DNA from: a virus
Lineage: Duplodnaviria > Caudoviricetes
DNA: 52,622 nt
IMG/VR virus record: IMGVR_UViG_3300023223_001004
Span: 1 to 52,622 of that record
Reading direction: 5' to 3' (one strand)
Shown here: positions 26,249 through 34,409 of the stretch, one piece after another
Layout: the number at the start of each line of letters is the position of its first letter
Position numbering within the stretch: position 1 is the first letter of the stretch
Notes under the pieces: model-generated
Seen by the model: the letters and a program-made list of their open reading frames with translations, nothing else
The model's database searches: none
What the model was told of the DNA's origin: nothing
Made by a program: the position numbers and the translations under genes

Positions 26249-26547
26249 CTGATATAAGCGATTATTTCTCTATGGAGCAGAGAATATTAGAGCTTGAATC
26301 TGAAAACGAAAAACTGACAAAGATAAACTTAAATCTTTATAAGAATAACTCAAAATGGAAAATGAAATACAAAAAACTCTGCAAGCCAACAAGGAAAGAA
26401 ACAAGGACAAAACAGGCTACTATTGAAGTTCAAAACTGGATAGATGGAAAATCAAATAAAACATTTAGGAAAATTGCAGAAGAATGTTTTTTAAGCCGAG
26501 AAACAATTAAAAATATATCTTATAGATTGAGGCATAAAAATGATTAA
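26233..26547 (+). CDS. Coiled-coil protein with possible C-terminal HTH
   Basis: KTFRKIAEECFLSRETIKNIS is HTH-like. Confidence 0.6.
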   Translation: MVSSVTDISDYFSMEQRILELESENEKLTKINLNLYKNNSKWKMKYKKLCKPTRKETRTKQATIEVQNWIDGKSNKTFRKIAEECFLSRETIKNISYRLRHKND

Positions 26548-26758
26548 CTTCCATACTGATGGTTTAGAAAAAGATGTTGTGTTTAAGAATTGGAACTTCC
26601 AGGCTTGTGTATTGGCTCAGTTTCACAAGTACCGTGAACAGTACGGGGTTAAACATGGCGTTTATCGGGCAATTTGTTATTATCCTGATAATCAAGATTA
26701 CTATGTGAAAATCAGGCAGACAAAGAATAATATTATTGTGGAGTTAAAATTATTATGA
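26540..26758 (+). CDS. Hypothetical protein
   Basis: GAGG RBS, coupled. Confidence 0.65.
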   Translation: MINFHTDGLEKDVVFKNWNFQACVLAQFHKYREQYGVKHGVYRAICYYPDNQDYYVKIRQTKNNIIVELKLL

Positions 26759-27075
26759 ATGAATATCAAAATGCATTAAAAGTATTTGAAGAGGAGCTTG
26801 GGGAAATAGCAATAGAGCTTCTTTTGCTCCAGCAGAATGTATCCAAAGCTATTCGGTTTGGCATTGATGAGCAAAGAGATTTACCAACAAGCAATAAAGA
26901 AAGAATTGAGTTAGAGTGGAATGACTTGCTTGGCAGCTTAGAAAACTTAAGGCGTGTTGGGATTGATTTAAAACCAAACGTTGAAATGATTGATAAGAAA
27001 ATGTCTAAGATAAGTAAATATACAGATTATAGTAAAAAATTAGGCATGGTAACGGTTAAGTTTGAAGGCGTCTAA
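26755..27075 (+). CDS. MazG-like all-alpha NTP pyrophosphohydrolase
   Basis: EEELGEI...SKAIRFG...ELEWNDLL (ExxE...ExxD pattern). Confidence 0.65.
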   Translation: MNEYQNALKVFEEELGEIAIELLLLQQNVSKAIRFGIDEQRDLPTSNKERIELEWNDLLGSLENLRRVGIDLKPNVEMIDKKMSKISKYTDYSKKLGMVTVKFEGV

Positions 27076-27087
27076 TTCCAGCATTAA

Positions 27088-27109
27088 AGCCCTGTTATTT
27101 ATCAGGGCT
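27088..27109. terminator. Hairpin between convergent genes
   Basis: AGCCCTG / CAGGGCT inverted repeat. Confidence 0.55.
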
Positions 27110-27680
27110 GTGTTACATGCTTCCATCTTTTTTTTGTTTTTATCCCACTAACGGTAGATGCAGCTATATCATAATCTGAAGCGATTAATTTATGTTTTCT
27201 TTTGTCATTAAATATAGATTTTACTTGGTCTTTAGTAAGTTTTGACAGGGGTGAATCTTCACCTTTTCGACTTACGTGACGGTTTCTATTTACCATATCA
27301 TTTGAATTATCTTGATTGGTTCCAGCGTATAAATGGTCTGGATTAATGCATTTTCTGTTATCGCACTTATGCAAAACAAGAAGTTCGTTTTTTATTTCAC
27401 CTTTAAAGTGTTGGAAACTTAATCTGTGAGCACGGATTACTTTACCTTTGTAGCAAGCCATCCCGTACCCATCAACATTAATTACGCCAGCCCACTCCCA
27501 ACAACCAGAGTTTGAGATATTGTAATCAGATAAAACCTCACTTGCTGGTCTGCACTTGGCTGGCTTCCTTGGTATTAATCTACATTGTTTACAGTATGGG
27601 AATAATTTATCTTTTCTTAGGCTATCTTTGTGAAATTCTGATCTTGATTTTTTCTCGTTGCATTTTATGCAATGTTTCAT
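27102..27680 (-). CDS. HNH homing endonuclease with N-terminal zinc finger
   Basis: CIKC..CKQC, SGCWEW, RAHRLSF, VLHKCDNRKCINPDHL..GTNQDN, C-terminal HTH. Confidence 0.92.
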   Translation of the reverse strand: MKHCIKCNEKKSRSEFHKDSLRKDKLFPYCKQCRLIPRKPAKCRPASEVLSDYNISNSGCWEWAGVINVDGYGMACYKGKVIRAHRLSFQHFKGEIKNELLVLHKCDNRKCINPDHLYAGTNQDNSNDMVNRNRHVSRKGEDSPLSKLTKDQVKSIFNDKRKHKLIASDYDIAASTVSGIKTKKRWKHVTQP

Positions 27681-27685
27681 GGTAA

Positions 27686-27768
27686 ACCTCGTTAAAGTTT
27701 ATCGTTACTGAATTTGACGCCCAGGTAAGGTAACGAATCTTACTCTTCCCCCGCTAAAGGTAGGGCGC
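27686..27768 (-). ncRNA. Candidate C4/CI-like structured leader RNA of the HNH gene
   Basis: Three-way junction closed by GCGCCC/GGGCGT; loop ATTCGTTAC is complementary to two downstream TAACGA sites, one at the RBS. Confidence 0.55.
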
Positions 27769-28334
27769 TATGTTATTATAGTAGTTTGATTTTTTAGTTC
27801 AAGTTCTTTGTGTAGTTGTTGATATTTCTTGCCAATATTTATGATTTCATGAAGGTGTAATTTATCTCCACCTTGAAAGCATTCTAAATATTCAACCATA
27901 TCAAGTCCTATTTTTTTAATAAGTCGAACTCGATATCTAACTAAGTTACCCGATCGGTGATTGTTGCATGTCGAACATTGCTTGTGGATATTGTTTTCAT
28001 CGAACCTTAATTGAGGATGCCCGCCTTTTGACATGTAATGTCCTGCATGATACTGACCTTTATGGTGACGGCCACAGCTAATACATGGTTTAGCATCATC
28101 TCTTAATCGTATGTATTTGTTGCACCATTTCTCAGTTATCTTTAATTGATGACTTCTATCATTTATAAAAAACTCAGACTTCCTTTTTTGATGCTTCTGA
28201 TTAGCCTTTTTTTGCTCCTTCTTTTTAGCATAAGCGATCATGCAGGAATATTTTTTACAAACCTTCTGGAACGATTGAAACGGTGTGAAGTCTTCCTTAC
28301 AAGAATCGCATTTTTTTGGCTTTATGGTTTTCAC
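27768..28334 (-). CDS. ninG: NinG/Rap recombination endonuclease
   Basis: YIRLRD..KPCISCG...YHAGHY...LRFDENNIHKQCSTCNNHRSGNL. Confidence 0.93.
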   Translation of the reverse strand: MKTIKPKKCDSCKEDFTPFQSFQKVCKKYSCMIAYAKKKEQKKANQKHQKRKSEFFINDRSHQLKITEKWCNKYIRLRDDAKPCISCGRHHKGQYHAGHYMSKGGHPQLRFDENNIHKQCSTCNNHRSGNLVRYRVRLIKKIGLDMVEYLECFQGGDKLHLHEIINIGKKYQQLHKELELKNQTTIIT

Positions 28335-28591
28335 ATCCCATCCCCAAAATAAACTTGATCTGGCACAAAAGAATAACCAGTAAAAATAAGTTTTAGCATA
28401 GACTCATCAAACAAGCCAAGACGCTCATTTGTTCTGAACTCAGTACCATACACTTCAACAGCCTTTCTATCAAAAGCCCTGGCTGCGTCAACAGGTGAGC
28501 TATAAACACCAATGTGATAAGACTGCAAACCAACCATTAAGGTAGCATCATAAACATCATCATTTTTAGTAACACCTTTGAACTTTTTCAT
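28331..28591 (-). CDS. AP2-domain DNA-binding protein
   Basis: FKGV...HIGVYSSPVDAARAFDRKAVEVYG...N. Confidence 0.8.
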   Translation of the reverse strand: MKKFKGVTKNDDVYDATLMVGLQSYHIGVYSSPVDAARAFDRKAVEVYGTEFRTNERLGLFDESMLKLIFTGYSFVPDQVYFGDGM

Positions 28592-28718
28592 GCTATATAT
28601 TTCCTTTGTTCCTGTTGGAGTTGCACGATCTCCAGACTTCTATTGTAAGTTGAGCTCTTAACCTTTTATTCCTGAATATTTCCCATTCTATCACGGCTGT
28701 GTTTAGTTACCTAAATGC

Positions 28719-29168
28719 TCACCCTTCTTGTTTAATCATTAACGCATCAAAGTATAAATCTGATGGTTGAGTGAATATGCAATTGTATTTTTCAACAGCC
28801 CAAATTTCATACTTTGCTAGAAGCTTAGAGAATTTTTTAATTCCCATTTTTTTAGTTTCGGCCCTCATAACAACAGCTTTACCTGATATGGTTGCAACCT
28901 CTTCAGGTTCTAATTCACTAATAACGTAATTGTGAATAACTGTAGAGTTATAAACCTGCCCAGTGCTGTTATATATATGGTTTCCAAGCTCACCGTGCCA
29001 TTTAAATAATAATCTGTTTTGGGCTAAATTACGGCCATCTTCCAATATCTCAATGGTAACTTTTATATTTTTATCAGTGGATTCGTAAAGCTTATTTACC
29101 GTATTCATCACCTCATCGGCATCTTGCCTTGGGTTGGCTCTTTTAATTAGCCTTACTGTTTTAGTCAT
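28719..29168 (-). CDS. NinB/YbcN-like recombination protein
   Basis: RNLAQNRLLFKWHGEL motif; start moved to MTKTVRL (GAGGG RBS). Confidence 0.7.
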   Translation of the reverse strand: MTKTVRLIKRANPRQDADEVMNTVNKLYESTDKNIKVTIEILEDGRNLAQNRLLFKWHGELGNHIYNSTGQVYNSTVIHNYVISELEPEEVATISGKAVVMRAETKKMGIKKFSKLLAKYEIWAVEKYNCIFTQPSDLYFDALMIKQEG

Positions 29169-29358
29169 TTTCGCCCTCCCGTATGAATTCGCTAACCACA
29201 ACCCCATAAAATGAAGCCATCCCCTCAAGGTGTCTTGGGCTATTATCCCTCAACAATTTAGATAGATAAACGTTGGTTATTGATAAATGGTCTGCCAAAT
29301 CCCTCATTTCAAACCCCTTTCTAATATTCATAATCTTAACTGACTTCTTGATATTCAC
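29161..29358 (-). CDS. Small XRE/Cro-like HTH protein
   Basis: MRDLADHLSITNVYLSKL...MASFYGVVVSEFIREGE. Confidence 0.78.
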   Translation of the reverse strand: MNIKKSVKIMNIRKGFEMRDLADHLSITNVYLSKLLRDNSPRHLEGMASFYGVVVSEFIREGEND

Positions 29359-29437
29359 TGATTATCCTATGTATATTTACTATTTATCTTTTTTCAGTAT
29401 ACTAACTAATGTGATTTAAGTAAATAAGGTATCAGTA

Positions 29438-29941
29438 ATGCTTACTCAGGCAATGGTTAAAGAGTTATTCTCATACAACCCCGATACAGGCGTTGTCATA
29501 GAAAAAACAAGAAGAAGAGGGTGCTGGAAAAATATCGGGGATGAGACTGGTTATGCGCATGTTGATGGCAACACCATGTATTTGAGGGTTAGGGTAAATG
29601 GTAAACAATACTCGTTGCACAGATTAATTTGGCTGTACATGACAGGGAGATTACCCAATATCACTGACCATATTGACGGCAATGGCCTAAATAATAAGTG
29701 GGAAAACTTAAGAAGCACAGACCATTCTGGAAATGGCAAAAATAGAATGAAAAACTCAAACAATACCACTGGTATATGTGGAGTTACATGGCATAAGAAA
29801 TGTAAAAAGTATCAAGCACAAGCAGTGGTAAATAAGAAAACCATCTATCTTGGACTCTTTATTGATTTCTTTGAGGCTTGCTGTGCTAGAAAATCCGCTG
29901 AACTTAAATATAATTTTCACCCGAATCACGGGAAGAGATAA
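29438..29941 (+). CDS. HNH endonuclease with AP2-like C-terminus
   Basis: LHRLIWLYMTG...DHIDGNGLNNKWENLR...NTTGICGVTW...YLGLF. Confidence 0.92.
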   Translation: MLTQAMVKELFSYNPDTGVVIEKTRRRGCWKNIGDETGYAHVDGNTMYLRVRVNGKQYSLHRLIWLYMTGRLPNITDHIDGNGLNNKWENLRSTDHSGNGKNRMKNSNNTTGICGVTWHKKCKKYQAQAVVNKKTIYLGLFIDFFEACCARKSAELKYNFHPNHGKR

Positions 29942-29979
29942 CTGGTCTAATCTGTTAATTAATATTCTTGTGTAATAAT
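29940..29979 (+). promoter_or_regulatory. FadR-like box promoter 13 (recT operon)
   Basis: AACTGGTCTAATCTGTT (29940-29956), 17 nt ending TGTGT, then AATAAT. Confidence 0.85.
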
Positions 29980-30008
29980 TAATTCACATTAAAAAACAGA
30001 GAATTAAA

Positions 30009-30638
30009 ATGAATGGTTTTTATTTAAGAAGTCGCCACGGTGATTGTGGTGATAATGTAATGTTTCACAATAAAAATGGTCATGGATACGGCACTGATTT
30101 GGATAAATTGCACGTATTTTCTTTAAAGGAAGCACAGAAGCAATTAGATTGGGATATAGGAAATCTTCCGCTTTTAAAGTCTGCCGTTGATAATGCGTCA
30201 ATTAGAGCTATTAACCATCAATATCTGGATAAAAATGAAAACAAAAAATATGAAGGGGATGAATATATTGTCCAAATAAAAGGTTTTCACAATGGTAATG
30301 ATATAGCTTTTATTGTTTTGGGAGGTAAAACTTTTAATTACTCTGAAGCCACAATACTTTCAAAAATAGAAACTGGGTCATTTCCAGATAGTACCCACTT
30401 TATAATTTGGAATAAATTATATTTGGATACATTATCAAGGCGTACATTCCAACCTGAAAATATCAATACTAGAAAAATGATTACATCTCCCGGGATTAAA
30501 TATAAAAAACCAAGAAATCGAGAAACAACCGGGAAAGTTAGATGGAATTGCCATTGTTGCGGAAAGATTAATTGGCAGTTCAACCCTTATGATTTCGAAG
30601 GGTGTGTTGACATATATTGTGATGAATACAGATATTAA
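30009..30638 (+). CDS. Hypothetical phage protein with C-terminal Cys cluster
   Basis: GYGTDLDKLHVFS motif; CHCCGK...C....C. Confidence 0.75.
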   Translation: MNGFYLRSRHGDCGDNVMFHNKNGHGYGTDLDKLHVFSLKEAQKQLDWDIGNLPLLKSAVDNASIRAINHQYLDKNENKKYEGDEYIVQIKGFHNGNDIAFIVLGGKTFNYSEATILSKIETGSFPDSTHFIIWNKLYLDTLSRRTFQPENINTRKMITSPGIKYKKPRNRETTGKVRWNCHCCGKINWQFNPYDFEGCVDIYCDEYRY

Positions 30639-30650
30639 ATTTTAAGGAGA

Positions 30651-30851
30651 ATGAAGATGATTAATTACACCGGTGTACGGGAAGCTTATATTGAAGCGCA
30701 AAGGCAAATTGCCATTATTGAAGAGCAAGCAACCCAAATTGGAAAGCTTGCAAAATCCGATGCGATACTTAGAAGTATGCCAAGTTATATTTTAGCTGAG
30801 TTAAAAAAGAAGCTTAAAGATTACAACTCACATACTGGAGTATGGAAATGA
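30651..30851 (+). CDS. Hypothetical protein
   Basis: AAGGAG RBS. Confidence 0.7.
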   Translation: MKMINYTGVREAYIEAQRQIAIIEEQATQIGKLAKSDAILRSMPSYILAELKKKLKDYNSHTGVWK

Positions 30852-31855
30852 TCAACCAAATAGCAATAACAGAAGACACACCAGAAATAGAAGGCAGTAT
30901 TCTTGCCGTGATGCCTCGGGCAGTTAATTTGTCTGTTGTTCATGGCGCTATAGATATTAATGCAGAGCAAAACTACGCAATACAACAATTATATAAAAGC
31001 GAATTTGCCGCAAATATCGCAAGGAAAAATCCAACCAGCGTTCAGAATGCAATATTAAATCTTGCGGCAATTGGTATCAGCCTAAATCCAGCCACCAAAC
31101 ACGCCTATCTAGTCCCTAGAGACGATATGATATGTCTTGATATATCCTATATGGGTTTAATGCATTTGGCGCAGCAGGTTGGCTCTATCGAATGGGGTCA
31201 GGCTAAAATCGTTTATGCAAATGATACCTATGAAAACCAAGGGCTAACCAAAGAGCCGCTGCACAAGTTTGATGCTTTCGGTAACAGAGGTGAAAAGGTC
31301 GGCGTTTTCTGCACTGTCAAGCTTCCATCAGGTGATTTTCTGACGGAAGAGATGAGCAAAGAGAAAGTCATGGAAATCAAGGAGTCATCAAAATCTAAAA
31401 ACTCAAGTTACAGCCCGTGGAATACCTTCGAAGAGGAAATGTGGCGCAAGTCTGTTGTTAAGCGTGCAAGCAAGTATTGGCCTAAATCTAATAATAATCG
31501 TTTTGATACTGCCGTACATACGATTAATCAGCATGAAGGAATAGTTAATGATGACGCTGAAAAATCTGATGCAGTTAAAAAGCTTACTCACTATACTGAA
31601 GATGGGACAGATATAGAATTATTTGGGTTCCTTCAATCTCACAGGCGTAAAAATGAGGACTTTTACCTGTGGCTATATACTCAATTTCCAAGCGGAAAAA
31701 AAGTTTCTGGTAAACAAAAATCAAAAGATGGTCAAGACAAAGTTTTTGAGTATATTGAAATTTTTAAAAATGGTGATGAATCCGAAATAAACGAAGCCAA
31801 GGAAGAGTTAACTGAACTTGAATATAAAATAATTCAAATAGAAATAGCTGATTAA
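30842..31855 (+). CDS. recT: RecT-family single-strand annealing protein
   Basis: GISLNPATKHAYLVPR, LDISYMGL and SPWNTFEEEMWRKSVVKRASKYWP motifs. Confidence 0.92.
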   Translation: MEMINQIAITEDTPEIEGSILAVMPRAVNLSVVHGAIDINAEQNYAIQQLYKSEFAANIARKNPTSVQNAILNLAAIGISLNPATKHAYLVPRDDMICLDISYMGLMHLAQQVGSIEWGQAKIVYANDTYENQGLTKEPLHKFDAFGNRGEKVGVFCTVKLPSGDFLTEEMSKEKVMEIKESSKSKNSSYSPWNTFEEEMWRKSVVKRASKYWPKSNNNRFDTAVHTINQHEGIVNDDAEKSDAVKKLTHYTEDGTDIELFGFLQSHRRKNEDFYLWLYTQFPSGKKVSGKQKSKDGQDKVFEYIEIFKNGDESEINEAKEELTELEYKIIQIEIAD

Positions 31856-32172
31856 TGTATTCAAACGAATATCAAGATAATCTAGTCAGGAGTGCAATCA
31901 ATCTAATAAAAAAGCACCCTGGATGGATTATGAAACGCATAGCTTTAGAGTTAAGTATTGATTATAATTTCTTGTATCGTGAATTTGGCAAGAGAAATAT
32001 AAAGATGAGTGATATTCGTAAAACAAAGAAGCAGGGTAATTATCAGAAATTTGAAAGCCAAACAAAGAGGGGTTTAATTAAAATCCTACACCGTAACGAT
32101 AGAAACCGGGGAGACATTTACAGTGATCACGCCGGAGTCTATTTATCTGAGAATGCAAACAGAAGTGACTAA
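31855..32172 (+). CDS. Hypothetical basic protein, possible HTH
   Basis: MKRIALELSIDYNFLYR; TAATG overlap. Confidence 0.6.
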   Translation: MYSNEYQDNLVRSAINLIKKHPGWIMKRIALELSIDYNFLYREFGKRNIKMSDIRKTKKQGNYQKFESQTKRGLIKILHRNDRNRGDIYSDHAGVYLSENANRSD

Positions 32173-32195
32173 AATTAAAATATTAGGGGGAGCAG

Positions 32196-32420
32196 ATGAC
32201 TAAAGAAAATAGGAAGATATTTACTATTGAGTCAGGTATCGATGATAAAATTGAATTGATATCTGACGGTGAAAAATTAATTGTTTGTGTAGAAAATGAA
32301 TGGGCTGGAGATACAGAAACTGGATTTGGTGAATCGGGAAATATAACTCTAAAGTTAGAGCAGGTAATGATGATTGCTGATTTTATAGATGAACATATAA
32401 AAATCAATAGATCAAACTAA
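32196..32420 (+). CDS. Hypothetical protein
   Basis: GGGGAG RBS; last rightward gene. Confidence 0.65.
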   Translation: MTKENRKIFTIESGIDDKIELISDGEKLIVCVENEWAGDTETGFGESGNITLKLEQVMMIADFIDEHIKINRSN

Positions 32421-32441
32421 CGCACTGTAGAAAACGCAGGT

Positions 32442-32846
32442 TTAACCGCCTGCTGAAAACTTAAACGCTAACGCACTGATCATTACAATACCTATTAATG
32501 TTCCAATTAATGGCAATACAACTTTTGAGAATGACTGTCTAAAGTTATCAGTGAGTGCAGCTATTTTTTCAACTATTGATAAGCGTTTACGCAGGTCAAT
32601 ATTTTCTTGTTCAAGAGAATTCATGCGTTTATCAGCGACATCATCAATAATTACTCGTTCTGTCATACTTTGAGCAAGGGTTGATACCCCCCTTGCCATT
32701 TCCTTCATTCCTTCAGCGACTTTATCAAACGTTTTAACCATGTCTGCACTATTCTTCTCAAGGGCTTTTTCAAGGTGTTCGTGAGATTTCTCCAGGCTCG
32801 CCACAGCTATGACAAGTGAATCTAGTTTTTCCTTGTCCACGGTCAC
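32442..32846 (-). CDS. Coiled-coil protein with C-terminal TM helix (possibly lysis-associated)
   Basis: Heptad pattern followed by a hydrophobic tail; GTGA overlap. Confidence 0.7.
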   Translation of the reverse strand: MTVDKEKLDSLVIAVASLEKSHEHLEKALEKNSADMVKTFDKVAEGMKEMARGVSTLAQSMTERVIIDDVADKRMNSLEQENIDLRKRLSIVEKIAALTDNFRQSFSKVVLPLIGTLIGIVMISALAFKFSAGG

Positions 32847-33361
32847 GTACCCCCTCTGCTATCTCTGCTTGAACCTTCTGAAACTTTATAGATTCCCAAA
32901 TGTAATATCCTGCCAGACCACTGACTAAAAAAAGCGTGACCACGACTAATCCCACCAAGATGTCCAGTACCTCGCACATAATAAAATCCTTTATTGATCA
33001 AAATTAATTCCATAATGGTTGACACCCTGCCAAGCATTAAATAATAGGAATTATCGATCATTCCATAGGCTTTAATGAAATCAAGTAACATAGTACTGAT
33101 TAGTAAAACCCAAAAGAAAAAGTATAATTTCAAGTTATCTTGATCTGAAGCACAAGCAATACCTAGAAGCGTAGAAATAACGCATCCTCTAGCTATATTA
33201 TGGATATAATATTCGAAACCAGATAAGCTGGTGTAATAAAAGATTAGGGTAATACTGAAATTGATACAAGAAATGTAACATAGAGAAGAACCTTTGTAAT
33301 AAAGTCTTCTTAAACAAGTTAATAGGACTATTACTAGCCCTATCCAAACATCAACTATCAT
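32843..33361 (-). CDS. Multi-pass membrane protein
   Basis: Four to five hydrophobic segments. Confidence 0.7.
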   Translation of the reverse strand: MIVDVWIGLVIVLLTCLRRLYYKGSSLCYISCINFSITLIFYYTSLSGFEYYIHNIARGCVISTLLGIACASDQDNLKLYFFFWVLLISTMLLDFIKAYGMIDNSYYLMLGRVSTIMELILINKGFYYVRGTGHLGGISRGHAFFSQWSGRILHLGIYKVSEGSSRDSRGGT

Positions 33362-33425
33362 CTTGATTCGTTGGTTCTTGACTTTGAGGTGGGATTGGAT
33401 CGTCTTTTACTGGTGTACCTGGCAT
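33351..33425 (-). CDS. 24-aa Pro-rich micropeptide
   Basis: GGAG RBS, MPGTPVKDDPIPPQSQEPTNQDDS; upstream TGGTATAAT extended -10. Confidence 0.5.
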   Translation of the reverse strand: MPGTPVKDDPIPPQSQEPTNQDDS

Positions 33426-33508
33426 AATATTCTCCGATATAGTTAAAATAAAATCTCTAAAAAGAGACTTTGATTATATACCACATATTTTAGATTTAAA
33501 AATGTTAT

Positions 33509-33943
33509 TTATGTAGACCATTCCATATAATCATTAAGATATTCCTCAGGTGAAGCTTCACCTCCAGCATTCCAATATTCTTTGAGATACACTGACATAT
33601 CTTGAGCGTTTGTCGGTAAAGGGTTTATATCCATTAATAGTCTTTGTCTGGCCATGAAAATGTTATATTCAAGAGATCTAGTTAATTGCTTTTTATTACG
33701 AACAATTCCCAATCTAGCTGCATTGTTTAGTATGTTATCTGCATTTTGCCAAACAGAATCATGAACCCATTCCTCCATTTGAATAACGCCTCTAGCAGGT
33801 CCATTAGGATATTGCCACAAATATTGACAACCTTTACTTTCGTGAGCAACTATCATACATATCGCCATAACAGCATCATGGCTGAATGCATGCATATCTG
33901 ACAGAACTTCTTCAACTAATCTTTTAAATTGTCTATAAATCAT
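33509..33943 (-). CDS. Putative endolysin (lysozyme/transglycosylase-like fold)
   Basis: AHES catalytic-Glu-like motif and GPARGVIQME; position after the tail fibres. Confidence 0.7.
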   Translation of the reverse strand: MIYRQFKRLVEEVLSDMHAFSHDAVMAICMIVAHESKGCQYLWQYPNGPARGVIQMEEWVHDSVWQNADNILNNAARLGIVRNKKQLTRSLEYNIFMARQRLLMDINPLPTNAQDMSVYLKEYWNAGGEASPEEYLNDYMEWST

Positions 33944-34407
33944 ATTACCTCTGGTAGGTGAGAATCGAATTCCAAAAATGAGGGATCCATAGCAACTCGA
34001 TAGCCTTTATTAATACGCTCAAGCCCACGATTTAATCTATTAACGTCGATTTTATAGTTACCAGTAGTTTCAAAGTTACAATTGAGAATTAATTTAAGTC
34101 CATCACCGATATCAGCGATTTCTGCAATCATTCTAATATCATCACCCGCCGATATATCATCTACCAATCTTTCAGCCATTACCATAAGTTTTGAGACTGT
34201 ACCATCCGTTAGGATAAGACCGCTTGAGTCAGTATCAGTAATATCAGCTGAAATTACAAAATCAGTGTTTTTAGGTATCCAGTATATATCACCAACCTTT
34301 TCAGCTACAGTTATTCCTATATTAGTGATAGCGTAATTCGGCAGCACTGCAGGTACAATACCTGCTTCAAAAGCTATAGCATGCCTGCCTATTTTTTTAA
34401 TTTCCAT
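33940..34407 (-). CDS. Tail-fibre-associated hypothetical protein
   Basis: Position directly downstream of the fibre gene. Confidence 0.55.
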   Translation of the reverse strand: MEIKKIGRHAIAFEAGIVPAVLPNYAITNIGITVAEKVGDIYWIPKNTDFVISADITDTDSSGLILTDGTVSKLMVMAERLVDDISAGDDIRMIAEIADIGDGLKLILNCNFETTGNYKIDVNRLNRGLERINKGYRVAMDPSFLEFDSHLPEVI

Positions 34408-34409
34408 AA

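Noticed and set aside
4094-29979. Repeated 17-bp motif as CRISPR repeats, att sites or integron attC sites
   Set aside because: Copies are dispersed, on both strands and kilobases apart, with no cas or integrase gene; the fixed spacing to a -10 hexamer fits promoters
4094-29979. Boxes as PdhR/LldR-type operators
   Set aside because: Those sites centre on AATTGGT-n3-ACCAATT; these have ACTGGTC, and the phage protein has the FadR-type HGKP wing. A formal matrix comparison is still needed
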